Source: Octopus bimaculoides
Taxonomy: Eukaryota
Reading direction: 5' to 3'
Assembly (NCBI RefSeq): GCF_001194135.2
Contig: NC_068982.1
Coordinates: 191,653,546 to 191,712,606 of the forward strand
Length of the DNA: 59,061 nt
Shown: piece after piece, positions 1 through 13,309 of the stretch
How the letters are laid out: every line of letters starts with the position of its first letter
Numbering within the stretch: position 1 is the first letter of the stretch
Notes under the pieces: model-generated
Told to the model about the DNA's origin: nothing
Database searches by the model: none
The model's input: only the letters and a program-made list of their open reading frames with translations
Made by a program: the position numbers and the translations under genes

Positions 1-349
1 TGTGCGGGTGGCACATGAGATGCACCATTTTGAGCGTGGCCGTTGCCAGTACCGCCTGACTGGCTCCCGTAGGATTTTCGAGTGAGATCGTTGCCAGTGC
101 CCCTGGACTGGCTTGTGCGGGTGGCACATAAAAGACACCATTTCGAGCGTGGCCGTTTTCGTGCGGGTGACACGTAAAAGCACCCACTACACTCTCTGAG
201 TGGTTGGCGTTAGGAAGGGCATCCAGCTGTAGAAACTCTGCCAAATTAGATTGGAGCCTGGTGTTGCCATCCGGTTTCACCACTCCTCAATCAAATCGTC
301 CAACCCATGCTAGCATGGAAAGCGGACGTTAAACGATGATGATGATGAT
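1..349 (+). mobile_element. RTE LINE 3' end or derived SINE with (GAT)n tail
   Basis: ggcgttaggaagggcatccagctgtagaaac...catggaaagcggacgttaaacgatgatgat. The same motif recurs >15 times in the window (e.g. 4822, 7946, 11166, 16790, 17325, 22735, 23680, 27940, 36880, 39343, 39766, 58525). Confidence 0.85.
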
Positions 350-519
350 ATACACACACATACACATAGTTAAACACATACATTTGGATGATCATATACC
401 TATATCAGAGTCCACATAAGCACTTACATGTATACAGTACTCTAACAGGCACATGCACATATATGTATGTATATTCTTTTATTGTTATGTTTCAGCCATG
501 CAGCTGTGGTCATGCTGGA

Positions 520-1590
520 GCCCCACTGTAGCTTTGCTGATTTCCTCAGGCTGTGGGGTTTCACATCACCACTCCTGTATGTGCCTTTTTCCCAGCTCTT
601 GGTCCATTTGCTGTATGAAGGAGTTTGATTCCACTGCCCTTGTCTCTACTTCATGCTGGAAGATGTCTAGTTCCTTTTTGAAGAAGACATCTACGTCCAC
701 ATTATGTAGGTTTCTTCATTTTTGTGGCAGGGCATTGAAGAGCTGTGGGCCTTTGGACCCTAGACTATTGCAGTACCTGGTCCTGAATTCAGATGGAGTG
801 GATGGTACCCTTGGTACAATACAATGGTATCCAGTTCTGGCATTTGTATTACATTCACTGCCAAAATTAGGTACCAGCCGTTCTAGAGTTTTCCAATAGA
901 TTATTACATATCTGTTGCGCCTTTGCTCCAGGGAGGAAAGTCAGTTTTTTTTCAGTCTCTCCCTGTAGCTCATCCACTGCACTGCTTCAATCTTTTTAGT
1001 GTACAGGCTCCATTGTTAGTTTGGCACTATGTGGTGACCATAGCTGAGAGCAGTCATCCAGGTGGCTGAGAACAAAGGTCCTCCACAGGCTCGAAATAAC
1101 TTCTTGTCTTCAAGGACCTCAGTATCCATCCTGCCAATTGTCTGCACTTTGCTGCCATCTTGTTAATGTGCATATGAAGCGAGGCATCATTGCACATACT
1201 GATTCCCAAGTCTTTCAAAGCCTGCGACTCTGGAATTGCAGTGCCTTCGGGTCCTGTATATGCAGGTTGCAGTGAATTGATAATGCAGTGCTTGAAATTT
1301 CCCAGCATTAAACTGTATGTTCTTTACTTCAGCCCATTTGTAGATTGCATTCAGATCTTGCTATAGTTTGTGACGTCATCTGGATTTTTTTATTATCAGC
1401 AATAATTTTGTATGATTGGCATAGCTAGTGACTATGGGCTTGTCTAAGATGGCTGTTATAAACAGTAACAGCCCCAAGACAGTTCCCTGGGTGATGCCTC
1501 TTAGAATTTAAGTTATTTGGCTGCCACTTCTAGCATTAGGTAAATCTCATCTAGAATGAATTCTTTCTTCTCTATTATCAGAGCCATAGG
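520..1590 (-). mobile_element. CR1/L2-clade LINE ORF2 3' fragment (decayed RT)
   Basis: GITQGTVLGLLLF, SYANHTK (YADDTK), QDLNAIYKW, YTGPEG..KDLGISM..HINKMAAKCRQLAGWILRS. Confidence 0.8.
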
Positions 1591-1920
1591 CAGATCCCTC
1601 CATTGGATTCACATTAGGAAGAATGTTTTTCTCCTCTGCATTCTCCACATATAAACTTTCCATAGAAACGGCTCAGTGTTTCTTTGTTTTCGGAATCGCT
1701 CTTCACACATTTCTCTCCCACAGCATCAGGATTTTCTCTGTTACAATCTGCAACACCTCCTGCTTCTGATCCTCATGCCATAAAATATTGGTTTGGTTTT
1801 TTCCCTTCACAAAATACACACATCTCCAGTCTTCTCTTCAAGGTATATATATATATAAAGTGTATGTCTATGTGTGTGTAAAATGTTTATTACTAACAAG
1901 AGAAGATTTTCTAATTTCAG

Positions 1921-2052
1921 GACGCATTGATGTTAATGGGCATTCTGGCTGTGATAGTTAACTGTGCTCTGATTGGTGTGTTTGGTCACATGACACGGAT
2001 TGTCCCGGGACTGGGCAGCACATCATATCTTTTTCTGATAATTGTTCTTGAG
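1921..2052 (+). CDS. ANO8: Anoctamin-8-like (TMEM16H) internal coding exon (late transmembrane region)
   Basis: tttcag|GAC...GAG|gt, 132 nt, phase 0/0. Translates DALMLMGILAVIVNCALIGVFGHMTRIVPGLGSTSYLFLIIVLE, matching the anoctamin ..MGV.A..VNC.LIG.. / VLEH region. Confidence 0.92.
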
Positions 2053-2365
2053 GTTCGTAAAGCAAACATTTTCCAATTATGAAGAGAAGGTTTTCTTTAA
2101 TAGATGTTCCATTAAATGCATGACTGTCCAACTTTATTTTTATTCAATTTTTGTTTTAATTTTTCATATTTCTTTATTAATTCCTAAATTCATAGTCAAC
2201 TTTTCCAGATCTTTCCAGTCTCATCTTCAAGAACTGAATAGATTTGGCATCTGTGTTGTTTCTTACGTATTGGTTGAATTCCTGTAGAGTTTCTTACCAA
2301 AGTTTTTTTGTTATGAAGCCTGAAATAAAAAGGATGAAACTTGAAAACAGTCATCTATTTAATGA

Positions 2366-2403
<38 letters not shown>

Positions 2404-3169
2404 TGCTAGTCCAAGGAGTGGTGGTGGAGATAAGCTGTGACAGCTTTAAAAAAATGCTGGTCATGGCATGCATCTCTGGCAACCAAGCCCAACTCCTGGC
2501 CTTTTTGTGTGGCTTAACATGTAAGCCCAGTAGAACTGTCCCTACTGACAGAAGAAGGGGTCTAGTGGATTCTGGCACTTTCAAACCAGTGCTCCAGCTT
2601 GATGGCAGTCCAGCGAAGAGAAGAAAATCTCTGATTTTAAACCTCCATTGCTTTGTGGCTATACTCACTAAAGGAAAAGGGTTTGGGAGTAAACCCCGTG
2701 GATAAATCCACAGCCAGAGTCCCTAAGCAACTCCTTTGGCCCCACTGGTGCCGAGTCGTATAGACTTCTGCTCCTGCTCAGGCCTGCTCTCTGGAGAGGA
2801 TTCCTGCATTTTCCCACCAAATTGGCAAAATTTCCCACCAAATTGGCAAAACATGGAAAGCAGCAGTTCACTGGTTCTAAACCTGCACAGGATTGGCAAA
2901 GGAGCAAAGTGCCAGAACTGCTTTTGATGGAAGTCCTTGTGCCTCACTGGACAGCTGCCACCTGCTCCAAGCTGGGCAGCCTCCAGCCAGTTAGGTGTTG
3001 TCCTGTCGTAGCCCACCTGCTCCACTGGGTGCAAGGGGCTTAGCGACACTAATATCCTGAATCATGGGATGTAAACACAGCACCAAGAAAAATAATAAAC
3101 AGACAAACAATGCAGCACCAGCACCGGTGCTTCTTTAAGTGGCACTGGCACCTGGAAAGACTAAGCCTG

Positions 3170-3560
3170 TATGTATGGAAGACAGCCATTGCACTTAGCT
3201 TGAGGCGTCTCATCAAGTACAGCAAATCACCACATCTCCCAGTCCCTTGTCATCTCTTCTGTGAGGCCCACTGTCCGGAGATCCTTTCTCACCACCTCAT
3301 CCCATGTCTTCCCGGCTCTACCCCTTCCACAGGTACTCTCCACAATTAGAGCTTGGCACTTCCTTAATGCAGCTGTCCTCCTCCATGTGCATCACATGAC
3401 CAAACCAGAGCTGTCTTCTTCCTTCTCTCTCGCATGCAACGTCTGATACCTCTTATTCCCAGTTTTCCTCTTAAATCATTTACACTCTGTCGTGCATTCA
3501 CACTGACATTACCCATCCAAGTGGAACATGCTGGCCTCGTTTCTAAAAAGCACCATTCAA
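3170..3560 (-). mobile_element. RTE LINE ORF2 C-terminal fragment
   Basis: LRGKLGIRGIRRCMRERR.. followed by a frameshifted RL.WYGHVM..EGRR.PRKTW-like segment. Confidence 0.8.
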
Positions 3561-4045
3561 GCATTGGGCCTCATAAAGGCAGTGATAGGTGATCAAGACC
3601 CTTGGTAATATACCGTGCTTGTATTGACCAATCAAGCCAAGTGAGACCATAGTTGTGGCCAATACCAGGTCAATGGCACCCATACCAGTGGCACATAAAG
3701 AACACCCGCTACACTCTTGGAGTGGTTGGCATTAGGCAGGGCTGCCAGATTTGGAACCTGGTGCAGCCTTCTGGCTTACCAGTTCTCAGTCAAACCGTCC
3801 AACCCATGCCAGTATGGAAAGCGGACGTTAAATGATATATCATTATCATCATCTCTTAACGTCCATCTTCCATGCCGGCATGGGTTAGGGTGGTTGACAG
3901 GAGCCGGTCAGGTAGAAAAACTACCCTAGGCTAATGTGCAGAGTGGACTCAGTGCTTTTTACATGGCACAAGCACAGCCAAGGTTAGTTTTGGCGTGATT
4001 TTTACAGCTGGATGCCTTCCAAATGCCAACCACTTTACAGTGAGG
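3540..4045. mobile_element. Tail-to-tail pair of RTE 3'-end/SINE copies
   Basis: + copy ends ggacgttaaatgat at about 3835; - copy begins catcatctcttaacgtcc at about 3845. Confidence 0.75.
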
Positions 4046-4326
4046 ACCGAATGTTATATATATATATGAAGTGTGTGTGTATATATGTATGTATATATAT
4101 ATCAGTAAATTGAAATTGATAAACTAAACACCAGACAGAACAAGGTCCTGAGGTTTGTAAGGTCCCCTCATGGGGACAGTAAAATAACCAACACCAGTAA
4201 AAAAAAAAAAAATTGGAGGTGGAATTATGTGGTCTTTTCAGTTTGTAATCCTGTTATTTGGTAAATTCTTGGAGTAATTTCTACCCTGGAACTGCTCAGA
4301 ACTTGTATTTTTATTCCCCTTCACAG

Positions 4327-4437
4327 CACATCATTCTTGGAGTAAAGATGTGGATTGCTTATGCCATACCTGACATTCCTCAATGGGTCGCTACAGAAAT
4401 GTCACGTCTTGATTTTCTACGACGAGAAGCTTTCAAG
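4327..4437 (+). CDS. ANO8: Anoctamin-8-like coding exon (last TM and start of cytosolic tail)
   Basis: tcacag|CAC...AAG|gtaatg, 111 nt, phase 0/0. HIILGVKMWIAYAIPDIPQWVATEMSRLDFLRREAFK. AIPDIP.WVA.EM..L...RREAFK is the ANO8-type signature; ANO10 has AIPDKP. Confidence 0.93.
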
Positions 4438-6134
4438 GTAATGTAATCATTTATGAAAACTAATTGGTTTTAATTAGCATTCCTCACCTCCCCCCCCATC
4501 TCTCATATGTATCTGTGTCATTTCACATGATCAGCCAATTAAGCAACCAATCATCATCAAGCCATCATGTGATTTGACTTTCTAGAACTTTCTCATTAAA
4601 CCTTATATATAAAGGTGGTTTTTGGTGGTAATCCCAGAATGTTGAGACAGCCACTCAATGTCTCCATTCACCACCAGCCATTAGCAGAAAGAAGACACAG
4701 ATTTTGTTGCCATGAATATAGCGTGATTATTTCCCCGGTTGTGATGGGCCAACCACAGATTGCTATACAGCAGTTAAATTGTCGTAGATCCCAGTCGTAC
4801 GTCTCTATGTGTAATTGTCACATCATCATCATCGTTTAATGTCCATTTTCCATGCCGGCATGGGTTAGACGGTTTGACTGGGGACTGGCAAGCCAGGAGA
4901 CTGCACCAGGCTCCAATGTAATCTGGCCATATTTCTACAGCTAGATGCCCTTCCTAATGCCAACCACTTCATGAGTGTAGTGGGTGCTTTTTACATGCCA
5001 CTGACATGGTAGCCAGTCAGGTGGCACTGGCATCAGCCACAACAATTTCCATTTGATTTGATTTTTTGTTTTTTGATAAAGGACCAACACAGCAAACACT
5101 TTGTGCAGTAAATAAATTTTCTGCTAATGTCCACAGGTGTTGCTTATTACTTGCACATGCAGCCCTAGAAATACATTTGCATTCACCAGCAGCAAACACC
5201 TCATGTGACAGTTTAACCCCCCACCCCCCACCCCCACCCACACACACACACAGTGTAGCTATCACGTTGTTTGATGGTTTGTCTTTCGCTCCCCAGTGGT
5301 ACCCCCCCCCGACCACCTCACACAGGTACACACACCACATTGACTATTTATGGATGCAGTGGTGAAGATGTTCACTCCACAATCATGAAAGCCCGAGTTC
5401 AGACTGTGGTGGTGTATTATTGACCAACGGTCTTTCAACTTTGGCTCAGGTTGACCCAAGCCTTGTGAGTGAAATGAAGTTGATGAAAACTGTGTAGAAG
5501 CCTGTTTTTTGATAATTCAAACGGGGCAGCTTGTCACATTGAGACATTAAAGACATGTCTATGGAATATTCAGCCACTCAAAGGTTAATTCAATGAGTCA
5601 GCAGTTCAACTCAGCTTCAAAACCCCACCCCTCTATAATTAGCTGCTAATCTACTCCCCCAACCCACATCACATGGCTGTTTCTCCCTCTATAACCACCC
5701 CCATAGTGTTTTCTTTATCCTCAAGCACCACACTAGATCCAGTCCTTTCTCCCCCCTTCAACATCATCCCACCACTGCTAACACCATGTCTTTTTAGAAA
5801 TGGTCACACTGGAATTTCATTAATCTCAACTCAGAATCCCTGTAAAGGCCAAAGCCACACAACAAACATTGACCTTTTAGCATTCAAAACTGGCCATATT
5901 TGGCCAAAATATTCTACCTGTTTATGTTCAAACTGGCCAGATCCATCCTCTCACACCTACCCTACAATGTCATTCTAAAAATAAACAGTCACATCATTGA
6001 AATCTCAAAACTGAGATAATGTTTAATTTAAAGCAATGTGAATCACAAATTTAAGTCACATGACATGTGGTATTTTATAATTTACATAATTTAATTATTT
6101 TGATAACTAATTTTGCCTTTTTTCTGAATTTTAG

Positions 6135-6386
6135 AAACTTGATTCTCACCAACCTCATAATGTTGTTCATACGTCAAAGCCAGAGAATCCAGTTCGTTCA
6201 CAGTCATTACCACCAACATCCAACCAGAATCCTCACCAACCTCCACATTCTTCAGTTTCTACTTCGGCAAACACAATGTCTGTTGGAGACACAGCATACA
6301 TCACCAGACCTTCCACATTCCAAGAATCTTTCAGTTCACAACTTCGACATAGACAAACGCCATCAGTTTCGGCCGGAACATCATGA
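6135..6386 (+). CDS. ANO8: Probable terminal coding exon of the anoctamin-8-like gene
   Basis: ttttag|AAA acceptor. Phase-0 frame is open for 83 codons (KLDSHQPHNVV...SVSAGTS) to TGA 6384-6386. AATAAA at 6465 and 6958. No homology support; low-complexity S/P/T/H tail. Confidence 0.65.
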   Translation, partial: KLDSHQPHNVVHTSKPENPVRSQSLPPTSNQNPHQPPHSSVSTSANTMSVGDTAYITRPSTFQESFSSQLRHRQTPSVSAGTS

Positions 6387-7689
6387 AAATAACTAGAATT
6401 AAACACAAACCAACCACCGCTTCCCTTTAACTTGGGGAAGAGGAAAAACTTTTGATTCATTTTCAATAAATCATCTTTTCTTTGAAACAAACCAACAAAG
6501 ATGAATTTTTTTTTTAAATCAATATTTGTTGATTCTTTCAGTGAAATTTTAACATTTTTTCCATGGACATTTTTTGTGATTGAAGCAAAATTGTGTGTAA
6601 GCTGTTGTTATTGGTTTTGTCTTAGCAAAACCAAATTTATCAGATATTCCCTTGTTTTTGTTTTAACCATTTTACTGAATCATGTCTTTGGGGTTTAAAG
6701 ATGTTGTACTGCCAAATCGTTACGAGTTCAAACTTTAATAACTACAATCAGCGTGTTCTATCCCTGGGACAAGATACATACCTCCGCTTCCCTTTGTTTG
6801 CCTGGCCATCAACAGGTTGAAGGACAAATATTTATTTGCCCAGTTCTGCCTGGCTGACAAACAGGTTCCCCATTGAGGAAGAAAACATCCAGCAATATGC
6901 AAATGTCCCAAAACCATCTCGTCCGTGTGTCAGGGCGAACCAAACTAAAATACTAATAATAAATGCTCAACTCTAAAAATATTTAAGAAATGAGAAATAA
7001 TTTATTCTCCCTTAATTTATCGTTAAATTTTCAAAAATAATTATTTAATTTTTATATTTCAATTTGTAACATTTTCAAAGATAAAATATTTGGTTTGGTG
7101 TCAAGTTTTGGTTTGTTTTCATTTCTTCCATTTCTCTCACTTAAATAATAACCCTTCCATGTAAGGAGACTAAGTCTCTGGCATAGAAGTTGTATTCATG
7201 TATGTATATTTCAGGTTGATTATTTGGGGTTTTTCTCATCTTTGCTTAAGCATGTATGTATGAATGTACACATTTGTGTATATATATGTATCTCCACACA
7301 CATTTAATGGATGAATATACCTCAGAAGAGACATGTATAGTATGTTAAACTGGGACATCATATACACACACACACACGCAACCTACTGAGAACTGCAGAC
7401 CAAATCTGTGGCTGGTGCCAAGTTCCAGTCAAAGTGAGGGTGACATGGTGGAACAGTGAAATAGGAAAAATTATAAAAGCAAAAAAGACAAGCCTGCAAG
7501 AATGGGGAGAGGCAGAGGTGGCCAGAAGGAAAGCTAGACAGCGGGTCTACTTAGCGAGGGGAGAGGCAGAGGTTTGCCAGTGATTTATGGTATGAAGGAC
7601 TAGAAACTTGGTGTTTTAGATTGTAAAAGGCAGTGTATCAGAGAAAAACAAGTTGTAGGGGAGAAATGTTTACGGATGGATAGTGGTAC

Positions 7690-7865
7690 ACTTGCACTTA
7701 GGTGATTTCGAAAAGAAAGCAGCATGGAAGTGCTACTACGAAAGGCAGCTAGATGTAGACAATGTATGGGAAAAAGAGATTCTTCCTAATGTGGACCCAA
7801 CATAGGGAGCAGCCATTCTTGTTGACAGCAGCATGATAGATAAGACAATTAAGGATATGAAAACA
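7690..7865 (+). mobile_element. Short RTE ORF2 fragment
   Basis: Similar to 9715-9870 (gaaaagaaa..gcatggaa..cttcctaatgtggacccaac..gacagcagcatgatagataag). Confidence 0.65.
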
Positions 7866-9039
7866 CATTTATGTGGGATAAACTTTTTCAGGTTCAAAAG
7901 ATCTCTAGAAAACAAATACACACATGTGTAACTATATGGGTGGGTGTCATCATCATTTAACGTCCGCTTTCCATGCTAGCATGGGTTGGACGGGTTGACT
8001 GGGGACTGGCAAGCCAAGAGGCTGCACCAGGCTCCACTCTGAGCTAGCAATGTTTCTACAGCTGGATGCCCTTCCTATCACCAAACGCTCTGAGAGTGTA
8101 GTGGGTGCTTTTTACATGCCACCAGCACAGGAGCCAGACGGGGCGAGGGGGCTGGCATGGACCATGTTCAGATGGTGCTTTTTATGTGCCACAGGCACGG
8201 GAGAGAGTTAGATGGAACTACTCTTTATGTGAACTGAAAGATAATCTCAGTAAATCAATGAGGTTTAATTAGTTAACGAAAGAAATCTTAACATTGTGGA
8301 AGACTGCAAACATCAACAAGACCCACATAGCAAGAAAATGTCCAAGAAACACATTGCCAGAGTTGAAGGAAATGTGTGACAAGCGAATTGCAAGAAAGCA
8401 ATTTCAAATTGAAACCTCCATCACACTTTGAAGAATTATCATTAGAACAGTGACATTCCAAGACTAGTCCATACTCTCAATGCAGATGAGCCAAGAGTGG
8501 AGTTTTGCAAGTGGTACTCGACAAGATGTGCAAATGCACACTTTCTTCTCATGAAAAAAAAAAATGATTGGAATGATGAAGCTATATTGAAATTAAAATG
8601 GCTCAATTAACTGCCACAATCATTAGACCCACAGATATTTAGGAAGATCGTTTCTAGGAATCCCTTCTGCAGACTACCTTAATGATGATAAGGATGTTTC
8701 CATCATGGCAGCACTTCAATGGCTATGGTGGAAAATACTCCGATGGTTCTCACAGCATGCATGGAGGCTATAGCTTTGACTCCGGAAGTGAGGAGGGAAC
8801 AGGGCTACTGGAGTTCTTTTCTACTCTTAGCACAAGGCCCAAAATTTTGGGGAAGAGGGCCAGTTGATTAGATTGACCCAGTATACAACTGGTATTTAAT
8901 TTATCGATGATGAAAGGCAAAGTCGACCTCAGCAGAATTTGAACCCAGAATGTAAAGCTAGACAAAATACCGCTAAGCATTTCAGCCGGTGTGCTAACAT
9001 TTCTGCCAGCTTGCTGCTTTAGAGCTGCTGGAGTTCTGT

Positions 9040-10455
9040 GATGCAAATGACTTAATGGTTTGCAACATCAACTTCAGGAAACCTGCTAACCACCTGATGA
9101 AATATCAATCAGGTAGGCACACAAGCCACATTGACTACATCCTCACCGGAAACAGGGACAGGCATATGCAAATTCTCTCCCAGGTGCAGAATGTACAACT
9201 CAACATAGGTTAAGGGTTAGCGACTTTGGATTTAAGGCTCAAAGGATCCTGAGACACAAACCGATATGAAAAAGGATCCTTCCAACAGGCAGAGATTTAA
9301 AGATGTCCTTGACGAAGCCTTTGATGAGGAGGTAGAGATGGTGACATATGACAACTGGAAGTTGTTATGGAACAATCTACTGAGGGTGAAGGGACTGAAT
9401 CTGTGGTTGAAGCAAAGCTTCTACCAGACCAAGGATGACACGGTGGTGGAACAGTGAAGTAGACAGGGCTATAAAAGAGAAGAAATGGGCCTGGGAAGTG
9501 TGGAAGAGTGGGAGTAGCAAAATGCCATATCAGATAGCCAAAAGAGAAGCTAGGTGTTGGGTATATATAGCTTGGGCAGAATCAGAAAGGAAGAGGTTTA
9601 TCAATGTCTTACAGCATGAATATCAGAGACATAAGGTGTTCTGGATTGTCAGAAGGAATCAAGATGTGGGAGAGAAGTGTGTAGACAGATGATGGTTCGC
9701 TTGCTCTAAGTGATCCTGAAAAGAAAGAGGCATGGAATAGCTACTTAGAAAGACTATTAAATGGGGAACATGAATGGGGGGAAAAAGGGAGTATTCCTCA
9801 TGTGAACCCAACAGAGGGACCAGCTATCCTAGTTGACAGCAGCATGATAGATAAGGCAATTAAAGATATGAAGACAGAGAAGCCTATCAGGAGTCTCTGG
9901 CAAGATGCTCAAGATATGTGATAGAGTTGGATAAAATCCAGTCTCTGGTCTAGTTATTCAGGTTATTGAGGAAGGTGGAATCCCTGGTGACTGATGCAGC
10001 AACATCATAGTCAACTGCTACAAGGGCAAGGGAGATGCCTTAGATAAAAGTAATTACAGAGGCATCGAATTACTGGACCAAATGATGAAAGTTGCAGAGA
10101 GAGAGAGAGTTAGAGCCCAATTAATTGGGAACCGAATTAGACAAGATGAAATGCAGTTTGGCTTTGTGCTAGCGTGAAGCACCACGGATACTATTTTCAT
10201 AATCAGGCAACTGCAAGAGAAATATTTAGCTCAGAACAAGCTGTTGTACTTGGCATTTATTGATCTAGAGAAAGTGTTTGACAGAGTACCCCCCCCCCAA
10301 CCCTGTAATATGGTGGTCTCTGAGGAAGCTAGGGATAGATGAATGGCTTGTGAAAGTGGTACAGGCCATGTACAGGGGTGCTGTGAGTAAGATAAAGAGT
10401 TGGCCATGGGTACAGTGATGAATTTAGTACAGGTAGGTGTCCATCAAAGCTCAAG
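9040..10455 (+). mobile_element. RTE-clade LINE ORF2 fragment (endonuclease end and RT motifs), decayed
   Basis: HIDYILT; YKGKGDALDKSNYRGIELL; QFGF..STTDTIFIIRQLQEKY..LAFIDLEKVFDRV; WWSLRKLGIDEWLV; VGVHQ. Confidence 0.9.
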
Positions 10456-10504
10456 CTGTCCAGCCATGCCCACATGGAAAACAGATGTTAAATGTTGATA
10501 ATGC

Positions 10505-11165
10505 TTGATTGATGAATTGCATCTTGTGGGAGCCTGAAAATCTGTGTATTATAGAGGATTATCACGTTAATTTATCAGGAGTTACAGTATGGTGCAGCTT
10601 GTCATCAAAAGGATTAACAAGACCATTCTTTTTTGACTACAACTGGTTCCATTTACTTAAAATTGTTATGACAATCTTTCACGCCAAGCATCCAAGAGGA
10701 ATTTGAAGATATGGAGTTTTATTTGCAAGATGGGGCACCTCCACACCACTATAATCATGTAAGGGCTGACCTTGAAGAGATTTTGCCAGACAAATGAATT
10801 GGACAAAGAGGTTCAGTATAAAACCTTCCATATTCCCTTGTCTTCACCCCACAAGATTTTTTTTTTTTATGGGAATATTTAAAAGATGGCGTTCACAGTA
10901 CAAAGCAGGCAACATTTGAGGAATTGAGCTCAAGCACTGAATGTGAATGCACACAAATACAAGATAAAATACCTTTCAGCATTGGGGATTCCATTGCTTC
11001 GAATTATCAGCAGTTCCTGCGCCAGAACAGTCATTGCTTTGAAAACAACATTCATGCAAAAATTAAACACTTTCTGTAGATTCTATTAAATTATGAAAAG
11101 GAAATAAGGAAATGTAAATTAATAAATCAATCATTTAATACGTGTCTACATTTTTGGGAGACACC
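10505..11165 (+). mobile_element. Tc1/mariner transposase catalytic-domain remnant
   Basis: [20 protein letters not shown]; frameshifted LQDGAPPHH; W IG.RG..; LWEYLKD; possible TIR remnant gtgtctacatttttgggagacacc at about 11142-11165. Confidence 0.8.
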
Positions 11166-12858
11166 ACATCATCATCATTTAACATCCGTTTTCCATGCTG
11201 GCATGGGTTGGATGGTTTGACATGAGCTGACCAGCTGAAGGGCTGTTCAAGATCCCTGTCTATTTTGGCATGGTTTCTACAGCTGGATGCCCTTCCTACA
11301 TACATATACATACACCTAACCCATGGACAACAGATGTTCAATGATGATGATACATATACATACATATATACATATTCTTCTGTTGATGAAAAATCGCTCC
11401 AATACACCACGATGTTTGAACCTTTTGAACTTTTTGACATCTGTCTTCGTTTTTTGCTTTTCTGTAAATTTCAACCACATAATATATACATACATATATA
11501 CACATACATATATACACATACATATATACACATACATATATACACATATATGTGAAGCCTGATCTTCAAATGTTGGAGCTCACAGAAGTGATGACCAAGA
11601 CCCCTTTGGCGATTTACTGTGCTTGAGAAGACTCGTCAAGTGAAATGGTAGTTGTTGTCATTGCTGGCACCCGTGAAATTGTAATCATAGCCATGTCTAT
11701 GGAGTACTCAGCCACTTGCATGTTAATGTCACAGCTATTCTGTTGATTGGATCAACTGGAAACTTCATTGTCATAACTGACGGAGCGCCAATCAACATGT
11801 GGCAATAGTAAAATGAGTGTAACAGTCATACACGCTGCATCATTCATGTGCGAGACTATGTCTGGCCATGGAGCAATATTACCTTGCATGGAGACATGAG
11901 GAGGGTGTTGGAGAAAGCAAGGGCATCCGGCCAGAGACAAATCTCCATCCGACTCATGCAAGCAGGAAAAAGTGAACATCAAAACAATGATGTATCTTTT
12001 ACTTGTCTCAGTCATTAAGAATGTGGCCATGCTGGAGTACCACCTTGCTTCCCAACCACATGGTTCCAGGTTCAGTCCCACTGCATGACAAGCTGGGCAA
12101 GTGTCTTCTACTGTAGCCCCAGGCCAAATCAAAGCTTGTGAGTAGATTTATTAGATGGAAACTGAATGAAGCCTACCATGTGTGTGTCTTTGCATCTGTG
12201 TTTGTCCACCACCACTCAACAATCAGTCTTGGTGTATGTACAGCCTTATCACTTAGTGGTTTGGCAAAAGAAGCCAATAAAAAATAGCATCGATGTTAAT
12301 TTGTTTAAGTGAAACCCTTGAAGGTAGTGCTCCAGCATGGCCTCAGTCAGGTAAGTGAAACAAGATATAAAAAAAAATAAAGATAAAGTTAAAGAGCAGT
12401 TTCGAAAACCTTTTGGTGTTGTACTTTTATTCTTCTGTGTAGAAAGAGTGTCGCAAGATGTGAGACCCGTTTGAAAACTTCACAGTGGGACACTTAACAG
12501 CAGAGTTTAACAATTTTAGAAATAGGTCGAGTTTTCTAATAGAGGCTGTATAATGCATAAAAGTTGATTAAAGACACAAGCATGTGGGCACATACTCACC
12601 ACTCCTCTATATATAGTGTGTGTGTGTGTCAGTGGGGTAGTATTAAATCATACTGGATGATATTTGTAGCTGAAATATTTGTCTGACCTTAAACCACTTT
12701 TTTTCTATGCTAACAAACTGGGTCAGCCAAAGGCTCTGGTAGGAACAATGAAACTTTTACCACTGCTGCCATGTCACCATATTGCTTAGTAGCCTCACAC
12801 CTTTCCTCTTCACATACACAGAGTGTATCTGTTGTGATTTTTCACAATTGACAAAAGC

Positions 12859-13130
12859 AGAGGGGAAGGGGTATTGGAGGAGGTGATCGTGTGTCAGATT
12901 ATGGAAAGAGAAATAGGTGTCTTGCTGTAGAGAAGGTACAAAGTTATCTGGCCAGGATGAGATATATATATATCATCATCATCATCATCGAAAGCAGACG
13001 TAAGATGATGATGATGATGATATATATCTCATCCTGGCCAGATAACTTTGTACCTTCTCTACAGCAAGACACCTATTTCTCTTTCCATAATCTGACACAC
13101 GATCACCTCCTCCAATACCCCTTCCCCTCT
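12859..13130. repeat. Near-perfect ~130-bp palindrome with a 14-nt spacer
   Basis: 12859-12989 versus 13004-13130, identical except for (TA)n length. Confidence 0.9.
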
Positions 13131-13309
13131 TAAAAGCTTTTTTCTGTCTTGTAAATACTCAGTGACCCTGTCAGTGCAGGTGCTACTTAAAAGCACCCAG
13201 TCCACACTGTAAAATGGTTGGTGTTAAGAAGGGCATCCAGCTGTAAAAATCCTGCAAAAACAGTCAGAGAAGTCTGGTGCAGGCTCCTGCCTGGCCAGGT
13301 TTTGTGAAA

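Noticed and set aside
170-250. HDV-like ribozyme in the RTE-derived ggcgttaggaagggcatcc motif
   Set aside because: Only simple hairpins were visible; I could not build the nested double pseudoknot by eye. A structure-descriptor search would be needed.
453-899. 148-aa + ORF
   Set aside because: Antisense of a decayed CR1/L2 ORF2 end; no protein signature.
2810-2851. 21-bp tandem duplication tttcccaccaaattggcaaaa x2
   Set aside because: Only two units; ordinary slippage, not an array.
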